The notes: generated by a model not told the origin, from the sequence alone. A stretch of DNA of 64,000 nt from Camelus ferus (GCF_009834535.1 NC_045696.1:4466001-4530000); one strand, 5' to 3'; positions 1 through 13,734 are shown, counted from the stretch's first letter. Numbers and translations are program-made.

Positions 1-2138
1 AGAAACGAAATCTGTCTAAATCATGAATTGGAAAGAGATTGCATTTTCATAGACCTTGTCCCGCAAAGCGTATGTTCATCTTTTTATATGTGGAGCATCT
101 GGGATTTTCAATAATTAAAAGAAAGCTCAGAGCCAGACAGTTCCTTGAGGACCCCAGAGAGATTTAGGCTCCAGGTTCTGTGGCACTCAGTAACACTTCC
201 AATTCACTGGTTTAAACTGGACGTTTTAGAATTATTTTCTGGTGAAGACTGGTAACTTCAGTGCAACAGGATTAAATAAATAGACTAGATGGAAGAGGGT
301 GTGGCTGGTCTCAGGTACTCCCACCCGGGGGAACGGATTTCTCCAGGTTATTTACTTGAGCAGCCAGTGGTCAGGGCAGGGCGAGCATCCAGCCCACCCT
401 TGCTCTGGTCTCTGTCAGCCCCTCCACTGCTGCCCCATTTCCCCTTCCTGCCCACGTCTTTCTGGGTGAGACCCAGGTGGGCCCCAGCCTCACGCAGGCG
501 ACAGCCCCAGCGCCCGCGGCCTCCCGCAGCCTTCTCTGTGACTGGACAGCCCCGTGGTCGCAGCCATCCTTTTTCTTTCCGTGGCCTGGCTTTCGTTTTT
601 TCCTGACACCTCTAATGAGTGAAATTTGTGAGGTCGTGAGCTCCCAGGGTTTCCTTGCCCACACACCAGCAGCATGCTTGAGACAGAGGCTTCCCCGTCC
701 TCTGCACTTCTAGAGTGTTTGCCTTTGGCCTTGACTTTTCCTGGCTCATCTGGCTGCCACCTCTCAAAGCCTTCTAGTGTGAAAGGGCACAGACTGCAGT
801 CACCCAGATGCTCCCTGAGCTCAAGGATGGTGTGCAAATAAAAGCACACCAACGCATCCTGCAAAGTGGCACCTCTAGTGGGCAGGGGCTGTCCCGAGGA
901 GGTTGCACCCTTGGTAATGAGCAGGGCTCCCCACTAGCAGTGATCACCCCTGGAGGGCTCCTTGGATTCGTGTCCTGCTGTGCCCCTTATGCAGAAAGGA
1001 TCAGGTAGGGGACAAGCACGCTCCCTCCAAAGCATGTTAATTATACCTCCTCTCCCCCGGAAATCCACAAGGCAGGCTCTGGCCAGAATTCACCAGCCGA
1101 GAGTGTCAGGCGAGGACAGCCGCAGACCTCCTCCTCGGGTCCCCCTGGCAGTTTAAATCTTTCCTTCCCAGTGAACATAAATGAGTCCCCCTCCTCACAG
1201 CAAAATGAGGCAGTTGGTCTCATTTATCTGACATCAAAGGTAGGTTAAGGCGTAGGAAAAAGAATGGGGATGGAAAACACTCTTCAGAGCCCCAAAGCAA
1301 GAAGCTTATTTGCTTTTTGCATTTTCTAGAGACTTTCAGAACCATTCCAGAACGTTAAAAGCTGTGCACCCAATTGGAATAATTGAAGCTGAAATGTCAC
1401 AATGGTATGAATTGCTTCTCAGAGCCAACTGCCAGTCGGGCTGCTGTATTTAATAACGTGAGTACTACAGGTCCCCCAAGTGAGGAGACAGTTTTGCCAC
1501 CAACTGTGGCTTTTTTTTTTCTTTTTTTCACTTTCTCCTTCCTGAGGTGGCCTGGCTGTGGTCCAGGCTCTCCCGAGATCTCTGCCAACAGGAGAAGCAC
1601 CTGCCGGGCCTCTTCCTCGTAGCGCACAGGCTGAGTCTGAATGAGATGAAAAGGGCTGGAAGAACTTGTCCTGTTCTGCTCCCATGCGGTGATGGCTCAA
1701 TTTCCCACAACGTATAGGAATAAAATATGCACGGCTGTTCTACCTGAAGAGCAGGAGCAGGAATTGTTCGGACTTGGTCCACAAATAGAATCATCAGGAA
1801 ACGCTCTGAACCCAGGGGCCCCCGGGGAAATGGTGTCAGGGAGATGGTGTGTCTGAGCAGCTCAGGGCTCAGGGAGAAGCTCCTCCCAGGAATCAAAGCA
1901 CTCGGGGCCCAGCACGGGGGTCCCACCGCCGCCTTCTCGCAGACGCTAAGCTCTTCCTGCTGATCAGGTTGAGAATGTATCCATTCACCTGCCTGGTCGT
2001 GAAGGTCTGAGCTCCTCGAGATGTCAGGAAGGGTTAGGACAGCTGTGCTTTTCTAGGTGGAGGCAGTGGACTTCTGGGAGTCTTGAGATCCAAAGTACTT
2101 CCACCAAATCTTATCAAAGTGACTTTCTTAAAAATAAG

Positions 2139-2267
2139 TTGTTTTATTTTATTTTTTGGTGGGTGAAAGTAATTAGGTTTATTTACTTTTGGAGGGGGTA
2201 CTGGGGATTGAACCCAGGACCTTGTGCATGCTAAGCATGCTCTCTACCACTGAGCTGTACCCACCCC
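2139..2267 (-). mobile_element. tRNA-derived SINE (Vic-1-like)
   Basis: Reverse complement reads GGGGTGGGTACAGCTCAGTGGTAGAG...GGTTCAATCCCCAGTACC (Pol III A and B boxes) followed by an A-rich tail. Confidence 0.85.
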
Positions 2268-2325
2268 ACATTTGCTGTTTTCACTGAGTTGACTTTTGCA
2301 TTGATGATGTGGGAGCACTGATGAG

Positions 2326-2885
2326 TGTATTAGAGCTCTCAGGAGAAACAGGACCAATAGGGGGTGTGTGTGTGTCTGTGTGTCTGTGTGTGTCTGTGTG
2401 TCTGTGTGTATGTGTACTGCAAGAAACTGTGCTCTTTGATGGGATAATACATACATAAATAATGTAATTGTAGATTAGGTATATGGATGGATGGATAGAT
2501 AGATAGACAGACAGACAGATACGAAAAACACATACACACAAGAGAGATTAGATTAACGAATTGGCTCAGGGGATTATGGGGGCTGCATGTTCAAAATCTG
2601 CAGGGCAGACAGGAGACCCAGGAAGGGTGATGTCGCAGCTCAAGTCCAAAGGCTGTCTGCAGGCAGGATTCTCTAGTCCACAGGGCACACAGTGTTTCCT
2701 CCTACAGCCTTTAACTGGCTGGATGGGGCCCACCCAGCTCCTGGGGGTCACCTGCCCTACTCAGAGTCCACTGGTATTTGTTAACCAAGTCTAAAAATAC
2801 CATCACAGCTACATCTAAACTAGGGTTTGATGAAACAACCAGACACCCTAGCCCAGCTGAGCTGACACATAAAACTCACCATCAC
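2326..2885 (-). mobile_element. MLT2-type ERVL solo LTR with internal microsatellites
   Basis: TGTATTAG..CTC..GAGAAACAGGACCAATAGG start and TGACACATAAAACTCACCATCAC end resemble MLT2 consensus ends. Contains internal (TG/TGTC)n and GATA/GACA repeats. Confidence 0.8.
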
Positions 2886-3007
2886 CCCAGGGTAAACCTG
2901 CTGGGGCCTTGGTGTGGATGAAGTCAGGGCACCAAACTATGCTAGTAGCTGTTGGATTCTCCACACTCACGATAAAACAAACAAGCAAACAAACAAATAA
3001 ACACCAT

Positions 3008-3540
3008 TTCACTTAAGAATATCCTTGATGAAATAGTAAAAAAAAAAATTAATTTGATTGCTTCTCAACTGTTGAGTTCATGTCTCTTAAAGTTCTGTGT
3101 GACAAGCTGGGAAGAACACAGAACCCATTTTGATTGCATGCTGAAGCACAGTATTTGTTAGAAGGAAAAACACTTGTCTGATTGTGTGACCTTTGAGCTA
3201 AACTAGCCACGTTTGGGTTTTCATGGAATACCGCTTTAACCTGAAGGAGAAACTGCAAAACTATGATTACTCAGACTTGAGGGTTTGGCAGACATGGCCG
3301 TGAAAGTAAACACATGGGGCCTCTCACTTAAAAAAAAACAATGGACAGCATTTGTTATCAAAGATAAAATTTGACCTTTTGAGTACAAATGCGAATGAAA
3401 AATTGAGCTTGGTATTTTCCTAATACTTAGACTTTTGTGATGTTATATCAGCAATGTTGATGTTTTTGGCATTGTATAATGTGTAATTCGCAGAACCAAT
3501 ATTTTCCAAACACCAATGTGTGGTGCTACAAAAGCATACA
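3008..3540 (+). mobile_element. Charlie1-like hAT DNA transposon, degenerate transposase fragment
   Basis: The disrupted translation LKNILDEIVK..INLI..LCDKLG..LHAEAQYLLEGKTLV resembles the Charlie/Buster region around the HTEVRWLSRGK motif. Confidence 0.75.
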
Positions 3541-5149
3541 TGAGTGAAGGAGCCATTCCGAGTGCCAGGAGCCTGGCAGATTTTAATGTCACAGAGTCTG
3601 GAAAGGCCAGGGCTTCTGATCTCACAGCCCTGCAGGGAAGGGACATCACTCCTGGGGAGTGGGATTTCAGGACAGGGGTCCAGAGTAAAAGGTCCCCGAC
3701 AAGCAGAGGGCAAACTGGGGACTAGGATGTGCTACTCAGGATTGTCGTGAGAAACGGCAAACTAACCAGACCTAGTTTGAGCGGGGGAGAGCATTTTCTG
3801 CGATGATACTGAGTTACCCTTTTACCCAATCTCAGGAAAGGCAAGCAGCATCGGGGTCTCCAGGAGGACTAGGCTTGCAGTGGAGACTCTGTCTTCCCCG
3901 CTTCTCCCCACATACAGTCATCTCCTTACTCACCTTCCTTCCCTGCCGGCTTTCTCCATGTGATGCCCACACGGCTGCTGACAGCCCATCAGCCTCCAGG
4001 CTAGAGACCACCCTCCCCCAAGGTTTCAGTATGAAAAATTCTGTTTGGATCTGATGCCAATCCCTGGATCAATTAAGGACAAAAATGTGGGACAGGTCGG
4101 CTCATGGGGCACAGACAGGGCCCTGGTGTCCATCTGTGCCTAAGCATCCTTTCTAGAAACAGGGCCTCACAGGGAACTGGGCAGCCTGCTCGCTGCACAT
4201 ACAGAGGAGAGGGTCTCTGTGCCACAGGGAGCTGGTCCTTCTCATAAGACAGATTTGGCTTCATGTCGCAGTCTGTGACAGTTCCTTTGTGTTACCTCTG
4301 TTGTCAAGCTTCAGCTTGTAATCAACAGAGGCACATGGGATTAAGAGGAAGACTCTGCATCCATGTGACACAGGGGCTTTGTGGGGGGACCCTTGTGTCC
4401 CTTGAGGTCTAGCGCAGGGGTGGCAGTTAGAGACAGACCCCCACTGAAAGGTCAAGGACAGGGGTCATGCCCCACCCCCTTGGGCAGCTCTCTCCATGGC
4501 CAATCTCATTTTATTTGGGAGAATAAGGGAGGAGGAGGAGTTCCTTCTCTTGGGCTAGGGCAGGAGCCAAGAGGGAGACTCTTCGGAGCCTGCACCGGCA
4601 GAACGTGGGGGCCAGTTGAGACCGAATGGTAAGTGGGAAGAAGTCTGGTTGAATCGTTCCAAGATTTCTGCCCTGAGTCACCGGGTGATTGATGGCCCCT
4701 TTCCATGGAGGAGGAGAAGTGTCTGGGGTAGGGGGAGAAATGTAAGTTAAGCATTGGACATATCCGAACTGAGGGGCCTGTGTGATGTCCAAATGGGGAC
4801 ACCCCATATTCAGATGGAAATTTGATGGAGGCTCAAGAGAAGCACTTCCCCGGAGACAGGGTCGAGGCAGAAGCATCGGCTGGACGGGAAGCCACTGTGG
4901 CAGAGAGAGTATTTTCTGTGGCTGCCGATGGTGCTTGTCAACCCCAGACACTGATGCGACAGCAGGCAGGTTCCAGAATCTTTTCTGCCCTTGCCGTGGG
5001 GCCCCATGAACAATACAGAGCACTTTTGTTTTATTTCCCTCTTGTCTCTTCCTCGGCACTGTTACCCAGCGCGACTCTGGAGTTCCATTTTGGTTCCGAC
5101 AACAGCCCCTTGCCCGCCTGCACCTCCCCCCTCACCCACTTTCCTTCCC

Positions 5150-5340
5150 GGGGTTACCGTCACCTGCCGTTATGTTTCCCATTTACTTTTATTTATTCAT
5201 TGTTTTTCCCCTCCACGGGAGTGTGAGCCCAACGAGTGCGGGGCATTTTCTGTTTTATTCGCAGCTGTGTCCCTTGAACTTAAAACAGCGCCTGGCATAA
5301 AGCAGGTGCTCAGTAAATACTTGACAAATAAGCGAATTTA
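5150..5340 (+). mobile_element. L2 3' end remnant
   Basis: ...AAAACAGCGCCTGGCATAAAGCAGGTGCTCAGTAAATACTTG..AAT, a typical L2 terminus. Confidence 0.65.
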
Positions 5341-5559
5341 CTCACAAAATCGCCTCTTCCATTTCTCTGTGTAAATACTCATGCTTAAAACTTGACTTTT
5401 AAAGGGAAAGGAGGGGAAAGATCTCTTTATTCATGGCTGTCTTTCCCCGCCTCCCCCAACACCAAGCAGCCGCTCTTGTCTCCTGGGGATGAGGCTCTCC
5501 GGCGGGACACCACACAGTCAGCACATTTGACTTTCTGATTTCAGAGTGACACAAATTTG

Positions 5560-5700
5560 ACTGAGTCTGTTTCTGTTTTGTAGATAAGTTCATTAGTGTC
5601 TTCTTCTTTCTTTTCTCTTCTTTTTGTTTGTTTTTTTTAGATTCCACATATGAGTGATAGAATATAGTCTTTTTCTTTCTCTTTCTGACTTTAGTCACTT
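5560..5700 (-). mobile_element. L1 3'UTR fragment
   Basis: TTTAGATTCCACATATGAGTGAT..TTTCTCTTTCTGACTT matches the other L1 3' ends in this window in reverse. Confidence 0.75.
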
Positions 5701-7147
5701 TTGATGGAAATACTATTATGATTCAGCTTCTCCCCAGCAGGGATTTGGTTGCGAAAACATCCCCGGGGGTGAGAAGAATATCTGATACACGATCAGGCAC
5801 TAACCAGTAGCACTTGCTAATTTAATGAGTGCATGAAAATGGTCGGTTTACCTCCCCCAGTCCCCCCACCCGCCCCACCCCCGTCTATGTCTACTGCAGC
5901 GTGAACCTGCCTTCAGGCTCTCTTGGTGACTCAGGTCAGTGCTTCTCAACTCCCATCCTCCCCGCCTAGCCAGCACCACCTTTGCCCCCCTCCCCCAGGG
6001 CTGTCCAGGAGAGTGTGGCCTCTGGGTCAACCACGCTACCAGCCAACCACATCCTTCACTGCAGGTCCCTGCAGAAGGCGAGCTGAGTTCAGCGTTCCCT
6101 GGGCAGCCCGTGGTCTCCTCCTACTCACTGTGGGCATGGGGACCCTGGGAAGGGGGACACTCAGGGATGGCCTTCTCTCATTGGCTTTCTCATCCTGAAC
6201 TGCCATCATGTGCCTGGCCCTGGCTGTGCACAGACTTCTGCCCAGCTCCTCCCAGGAATCCTGGACCAGATGAGAGCAGAGGTCACAGAGGGAGAAAGAG
6301 GATGTGACAAAGTGGAGATATGGGAGAGGGCGCAGGAAGGAAAAGGCAGCCTCGCGACATTATTCTCAAACACTCACCATTACTGGGAAAGGTCCCAGGG
6401 AGCAAGATGAAACACTGAGTGACAGAGGGAGAGTGCGTCCCTTGACAGGAAGCGATAGCACGGGATACATGGGGGAAGGGACTCCAAGCCCCAGGTGGGC
6501 AGAACTGGCATGATTGAAAATCCACTGCCAGATGAATCCCTCCATGTGGCTCACAGCCTGTCTGGGCTTTCTTTTCTTTTTCAACAAGCATTGGGTAAAT
6601 TCCTATTGCCTTGCATGGGAAAACAATTGTTCGGAAACTGGCTGTGGCCCAGTGCGCTGTCTGGCGTGACCACTAGTTTATGCAGCGGTTTCCCCTGCAG
6701 TTGTGCAGTGCACAGCCTGAAACACTGGGCCCTGCTGCCATGGGCTATGAGCAGCTTGGGCTTAAGCTGAGAGTCATGGCCACAGTTTTGGAGGCAGCTT
6801 TTAGGTTGGAGGGTGAGGATGCACGCTGAGAGTCATTGCAGCAGCCTCACCTTTCCAGCAGAGGGGCGGTAGTAGCTCTAGACAGGTGACCCTGCTGTAC
6901 TTTTGTACCTGGGGCCTTTCCTCTGCTCTTGGATCTTGGCTCCTGGGCCCTCACCTGCTTTCTAGGATCTGGTTGTTACCTTCGTTAGTCTGGGGCCTGG
7001 GTAGCCCCGCCTCCTGGAATCTGACCTTTTTATACGTGGACCTACCCTGGTTCATGGACCACCTGGGCCTCTTTACCTGTGGGCATCTTTGTTTAGCTCT
7101 TCTCACAGGTTTATCTGTCACTTGCTGCAGATGATGAATCCTGGGAG

Positions 7148-7375
7148 ATATACATATCATAAACATTATATAAAATATGTAAGTATTATAAATAATACTA
7201 TATTTATATATTGTAAATAATTATATTATATATTATATTTATATATTATAAATAAAAATATATAATTTACCCAAATATTTATATATAATTATATTATATA
7301 ATATGTTAATATATTACAAATAATTATATTATATAGAATATGTTTATATATTACAAATACAAAGTATATAACTTA
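7148..7375. repeat. Degenerate AT-rich low-complexity tract
   Basis: About 230 bp of almost pure A/T with recurring TATATTAT and AAATAAT units. Confidence 0.85.
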
Positions 7376-8474
7376 CCTAAGGACGTGTATTTATTTAGCT
7401 AAAATTAATTTAATTTACTTGCTTATTTTTCATTCAATTTTTTTTAGCTCACATGTTTACTAATTTGGATTAGAAATAAAGTTTCACTTTAAAACATGTT
7501 CACCTTTCTAGGACTGTTCTGCTGAGGCCCGGGGAGCACTACCTGCCGCGGCTTTGGCTTTGGGGTTTGGTCCTGCAATGGTTCTGAGGCTGCAGCCTGC
7601 ACTGTGAGGCCTAACCACTAAACTGTGACGCATGGTCTGCGTGGTGGGGGCAAAGCTGTGTCATAGTCCCGCCCGCAGGGCTTTGCCAGGGGCCGGGCTG
7701 CTGTCAGTGCCTCTCCGCCAAGGCTCTGTGATGGAGCAGATGGGACCTGGACACACTTAGGGAGGATTTTCATCCTCGAGATGCTGACAGCCTTGGTTGG
7801 AAAGAGAAGACACAGGAAATTTTCACCAAGAATAGGCATAAAATAGGTGCCAAGTGAGCGGCACGATGCTAAATTCCTTGGAGGAGAAAGTGTGAGAGCC
7901 AGCAGTCCACGGCAGCCCCACCCTTGACCGCGGCTGCCTTCCTAAGAGAAACCGCGCTGATGACGTTTCATTACTGGGATGCTGTCTGGTCTGCCTGAGT
8001 GCTGGGGGGGCACGCTCCCCAAGGGGGAGGATGTGAGAAAGTGACAAGGAGCCACATGGGACCCCTGGGTGGGGAACGGCATAGAGAGGCACCAGGCGAC
8101 GTAAGGACCAGCTTGGACCCCTTTGGTTAAAATGAAAGGTTCACTGAAGTCAAGGGGAGTGAGAAGTGAGTCTGGAAATTAGGGCAGAATTCTCAAAACA
8201 GCTAATTCCAAGAGGACAGTAAGTTTTCCTCCTCAACGTACTGTGCGGGGTTTAGCAGGGCTGATGGCCTGCCTGCCCAAAGCCCGGGACGCGTTAGCAC
8301 CTCCACCATAACTGTACTTCAGGAGGTGTGATCCGTTACATTACATTGAGGGTTACAGTGACCCTGGGGTGGTGCCTAACAGGAAAGGATGTGCCCTAGA
8401 GGGACCCCCAGGGTCTGAAATGCTGAGCCTGTGGCTGGCATGAACTCGTATTTCCTAAGAGTGGTCTAAAGCCT

Positions 8475-8733
8475 GTGTCTTCGTCCACGTGGGCAGCTGT
8501 AACAAAATAGCCCAGACTGGGTGGTTAACACACCAGGTATTTATCGTTCACAGCCCTGGAGGAGGGAAGTCTAATGGGGTGGGGGCAGCAAGGCTGGGGA
8601 GGGCCCTCTTCTGGGCCCAGACTTCTTGCTGGCTCCACTCTCACAACCCAACACCTCCCAAGGGCCCCCACCTCTTAATTCCATCACATTGGGCATTGGG
8701 ATTTCAACACAGGAATTGTGTTAGGACACAGTC
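8475..8733 (-). mobile_element. MaLR (MLT1/MST-type) LTR remnant
   Basis: GCTGTAACAAAATA..AGACTGGGTGG..TTTAT..CACAG..CTGGAGG..GGAAGTC and CCCAAGGGCCCCCACCTC..CATCACATTGGG..TTTCAACA motifs. Confidence 0.75.
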
Positions 8734-9281
8734 AGGCAAAGGCAGTCTGAGCTTACCATTACTGCCAAAAGCTTGTGTTCTTTTGCTACTAAATGTTAAA
8801 AGTATTCCCTTTCCTTAATCCTTACATTCACTTCCTCTTGCTTTCATCTTTGACCATATCAGAGGAAAAACTTGTGGCTGGAAAAGCCGTTTCATTTGGT
8901 AAAGATGGTTAAATAGGTTTTATTTCTTGCAAAACCTTGCTTCATAACAATTCAGTGAAGAAACAAGAATAACATGTTAGAAACTCCAGTGCGGGACTTG
9001 CTACTCTGATGGAGTCCTTGAAGGGGAACAAGAAAGCCCCAGATGCTTTCTGAGCTGGTCATTCTCGGCTGTTCTGTCCCAGGGCTGTTCTCTGCTGGGC
9101 CTGGAGGCTGACCTCAGTGGGTGCATGTGCCCTGAACCCTGACCCTCTGGTTTCCAACGGGGTCACCAATGTGAGCAGGGGCAGAAAATCTGCAGGGCAG
9201 GTGCGGTGAGGAGAGCTGAGGTTTGGAAATGGCTTCCCATGGTGACGCAGGAAAAACGGGCGTGGGGCGTGAGGAGGGCTG

Positions 9282-9856
9282 TGTCGCAGGCTTCGGTTGA
9301 GCCCCTGGGACGTGCCCCGCCAAGTGTGGGTCCTTGGCTTTCGCGCAGGAAAGAATTCAAGAGTGAGCCACAGTTGAGTAAAGGTAGATTTATTTAGAGA
9401 GCTACATCGAAAGGAAGAGGTGTGGGGGTTGGGTGCTCAGATTAGGTACACACTCCGTAGACAGAGTGCTGCTGACTCCGAAGGTGGAGAAAGAGAGAGG
9501 GTGGCGGCAGGCCGCAAGGCACCGTGTTGCCAGTTTTTATGGGCTCAGTAGCTTCCTGTGCTAGTAAGTGGAAGGACCAGTCTAACTACCCTGGGAAAGG
9601 GGCTGGGATTCCAGGAAGTTGGCCATTTCCCACTCTTTGACCTTTCGTGGCTAGCCTTGGGGCTGCCATGGCGCCTGCGGGCATGTTATCTACCACGTTA
9701 TGACGATGGGTGTGTAAGGAAGCTCAAGGTCTGCTAGAAGTCAAACATCCCACCGCCTCAAGCCTCAAGGCCTCCTGGGGCTGAGTCTGTCACCATTTTG
9801 ATGTTAATTGTTGTGTTGTTTCTTGAATGGCTGTGCCCTGCCCCCTTCCTGTCTCA
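9282..9856 (-). mobile_element. ERV1-like solo LTR (575 bp)
   Basis: TG...CA termini and a 4-bp near-TSD GCTG/GCGG. On the minus strand there is a TATA-like CATAAAAA near 9535-9542 and AATAAA at 9389-9394. Confidence 0.8.
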
Positions 9857-11009
9857 GCGGGACATCCTTCTCCTCTGCCTGCATCTGGGCCAATGGTCCT
9901 CTCGTTGAACTCTCTTCCCAGAGACCTCTGAGAAGAACTTGAAGACATCTCTCTCCCCCTCTAATCTTGATGGGGAAGGGACTTCCATTAAACAGAGCTC
10001 ATCCTTTCCATGCACCCTGCTTCGGTGCTGAGCCCTAGGGGAGCTAGCATCACGTGCCTCGCTCTGTTTCCTTCTCACAGCAATGCTTTTTGGATCGAGG
10101 CCTTTTCAGCAGAGGGGGAAGTCGGGGCACAAACCCGCGGCCTGTGAATCCACAGCCCACATCCGCCCACATCCGACCACATCTGTGCTTCCCCTTCTAG
10201 AGTCCTTTCATTTCCTGATTTTTCTTTGATTTTCTCAGTAAAATTTTCCTTTTTTTAAGAAAACAGTGGTCATCATTTGATACATTGGGCACAGTAAAGT
10301 ACTTACTCCAGTTCAAACAACTGAAACAAAAGTACAGTTTTTAGTCATCTACCTAAGTTCATAATTTTCTCAGTTTTATCAATATTTGTATCAAATTGTC
10401 CAGATGACTCTGCTCCATTTTTCCCAGCATAACTAGTACGCACTGGACACTGTAAACAAATAATGAGGTAATATTTCTACATTTCACAGAGATATCCAGT
10501 TAAAAAGTAGTTACGCCGAGTTAGTGAAACAGATTCAAAATAAAATATAAAATGAAATATACTCATGATATGCTATGTTCATGGTCAAATTTGTCAGCAG
10601 ACTTTTCCCATATGTTTTATTAGTATAATTTATTTGTTACAATTATTTTTTTATAAATAAATTGATCAATAATTGTTTTTAATTCTGGATTTGAATTTGT
10701 TATAGTGAAATGATGGCTTAAAGTTCCCTTAAAGTTGGTTTCATTGAACTTCAACCAGCGTATATCCAAAGCCGACACAAATGTGAAATGGAAACTCCCT
10801 AACACCTTTTCTAAATGTGTTCTTGTTTTCAAACCTAAACGAACCGAGAACTTACTACCAAAAGAATGTCACAGTTCAGCAAGAAGTGGGACGTGCTGTC
10901 CTTTGGCTTTTAGTCCTCCCACTAAATAGAATTTAGTGGAATAATAATAATAATAATAATAATAAATAATAAACAACCTATTTCTCTTGGTTGTAAAAAC
11001 CTTTTTAAA

Positions 11010-11150
11010 ATTTTTTTTATCATAGTAAAACTTACATAATAAAAAATACCATTTTAACTATCTTTAGGTGGACAGTTCAGGGACATTAAGTGCACTCACC
11101 ATCCAGCACCAGAACTTTCTCCTTTCCCTAAGTGAAACTATGGACCCTTC
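11010..11150 (-). mobile_element. Old L1 (L1MB-like) 3' end fragment
   Basis: ACATAATAAAAAATACCATTTTAAC..ACAGTTCAG..CATTAAGT pattern. Confidence 0.6.
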
Positions 11151-13734
11151 AAAACAATGTTTGTGAAGCTTGATTCTGTGCTCAGTGTACTGTCAACTGG
11201 AACAGCTAGCATCATGTGAGCAGTTGATAAGCACATGCTCCTCAACCAACTCCTCGTTGATGAAATAAATACGAACACCAGAAGTCAAGATCGTGGCTCT
11301 CTGCTGTGCCAGTAGGGAATCCACTGAGCTCAGTAACCACTTCCCCACCAGCACTCTGGACACAGGTGTCCAGTTGGCTGCGATCCCTCTGATTATTCAA
11401 AGCTTCTCCTCACAGATCTCCACTGTCGTCACAAGAATGTCGCTTCTTTGTCAGAAGGACTTGCTGGAGTCACTGAACACCTGCTGTGACCTGGGTCCCT
11501 GAGATCTAACAGATACTATGCTGATCCAACGGTCTGATAATCTTGCATTAAAAAAGGGAGAGATGTTTTTGGCAGGACTTTGTCATCATGATCCCATGCT
11601 GCCTCCATCAGCATCTTTTGCTCATAGACACACCTGCAACACCTGTGTGTGCCCAGCATGTATTAGTCAGGGGAGTGAGTCAAAGCACCCACTTGTCCAT
11701 ATTGTAAAATGGCAGGGACGGTTCATGCTCATCTCCAGAGATGATGTCCGAGCCACCTGCTCCAACGTTCCCCACCGCCTGGCGTGGTCTGCCTGTCAGT
11801 ACCCGTGTTGTCTCACACCCGCCCTCTCCAGTGACTTCCCACCCCCTCTACACCCTGGTACCTCCAGACCCTCCCCGAAGCCACCCCCCCTCTGCAGTTC
11901 TCTGTGACAGCATTTCCCTCTGGAATTCCCTATGAGCACAGATGCCTCTTGTCTAAACCAGATTGGTACGTCTGACTTACTGCCATAAAACCAACCACTT
12001 GCCAGACATTGTTCCAAACTGTTGAGCAGAGATCCCTCCATCTTCAGATAAGGAATTGATTATGAAAAGGGGAAGTAACTTGCCCAAGACCTGGGGTCAC
12101 GGGAGGCCGTCTGGCTATGAAGCCCACGCTCGTGGCTCTGTGCTCTGCTCGGACTCCTGACCAAACCCGTTCTTCCTTGGCGTTTGTATGACACAGCCCT
12201 TGTCTTTTCTTAAGACTCCTCAGATACAGTTGTTAGCATTGCTGGTAAGCCAGTGATGTATTGGATGTTCTCATTTGGAGGAGCGAGACTCCCATCAGAC
12301 ACTCACACAACGGAAACCCCCAATATTATGGTTATAAAATGATGCAGATGGTGCCTCCCTGTGTCCGGTTACAGGAGAGCCCCTTCTCACTCTCAGCCAC
12401 CTGCTCTTCACTGTAAAATCACTCTCCCTTTGCGGACTTACCTGTTCAGAGAAAAAGTATCCAATCTTTGATCTGAAAGTGTATGTGTTCCTGATATCAC
12501 ACATACCACCTTATGCATCTCTGCCTTGCATTTCCCTCTCTGAAAAAGGGTAGAGGAGTAGCTACATCATAGGGTTATTGCATAAGTGATCAATAAGTGT
12601 CAACTGACGTGCAAGCTTTATTGAAGCTGAGGCACAATCATTGCTCCCAGTCTCCTCACTAATATTTTTTCCAGAAATTATTCAAAAGACAATTTGAACT
12701 AAATACATCCCACATATTTTCTTAAGCATTTATTTGCCCACTCAAATAAGACCAAAGAGCTACTAAATTCAAATAAGCCTTGAATCCAGTTTCCATTTTG
12801 AAGCAATCAATCCCAGTTAAAAAAGGATTGATGTCAGTACTTACTGTATAAATACTGTAATCCAAAGAGATTTTTAGTCAGTTCAAAGAAGTTATGAAGT
12901 TTAAAAAGATCTCTTAAGAAGTTTTACAGGTTGACCTCTGAGAAAGCATGGACTAAAAGTCAAAGCTTTGGTAACACAGGCACTTCTTAATCATTAAGTA
13001 TTTCCTGTATTTGTAGCATCAGCCACTTAAAGCTGTTTATCTGTCATGTTTGTGCACCCAGAAGTCACTATTTGAATTAATGCAACCCTTCTGATTTACT
13101 TTTTTTCTGACATTTGTAATAAATGGCTGCCTCCTGAGGGATGTGTACCTGCCTTGGACTTCTGCCACCATAATCCCTAGGACAGAATAGACTATTGTTG
13201 AATGGTGCTTTATGAATTATGAAATTTGCTAACTACATGGTGTCACTGAACCTTACAGCAGCCCTGAGAGGTAGTGTTATTATGCCCATTTCACAGACTC
13301 AGAAACTGAGGCTGTGGATTCTTAACCATCTGCAGGGCTCATACCAAGGTAGATTTTTTTTTAAGAGGCTGAGAGCTTAGAGGAGTGTAAGGACTGGATT
13401 AAACTTCAGGTGAATCATGTTGTCTCATTAGACTTGGCTTCTTTATACTACTGATGGTTTTCATGAATGACCTGTAAATTCACTTCTTGGATTAACAGTC
13501 TACAATTTTAAGATCCCAGAATGGAAAGCATTCATATGTATTACATGAGTGAACCTTTTTGCCATTTCTGGATTAACTGTGTTTAGTTTGGTTTATCCCT
13601 GAAAATTTAGATCAGGTTTTAGACTTTTCAAATGCAAGGTCTCACAATTCTTTAGTGGTTTGATTCGTTCTCTGAGAGAGTTAGGCCCAACCACCCAGAG
13701 CCTTCTTCAACACAGCCAATACTTTTCCCGCCCC

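Noticed and set aside
1397..1700. Minus-strand ORF MRYEEEARQVLLLLAEISG.. and a plus-strand polypyrimidine tract plus AG near 1510-1546
   Set aside because: No recognisable homology. The Lys-rich part comes from a poly-T tract, and there is no convincing partner splice site.
4620..4635. Perfect plus-strand donor ATG|GTAAGT
   Set aside because: Isolated site with no convincing acceptor or promoter upstream. A few such matches are expected by chance in 64 kb.
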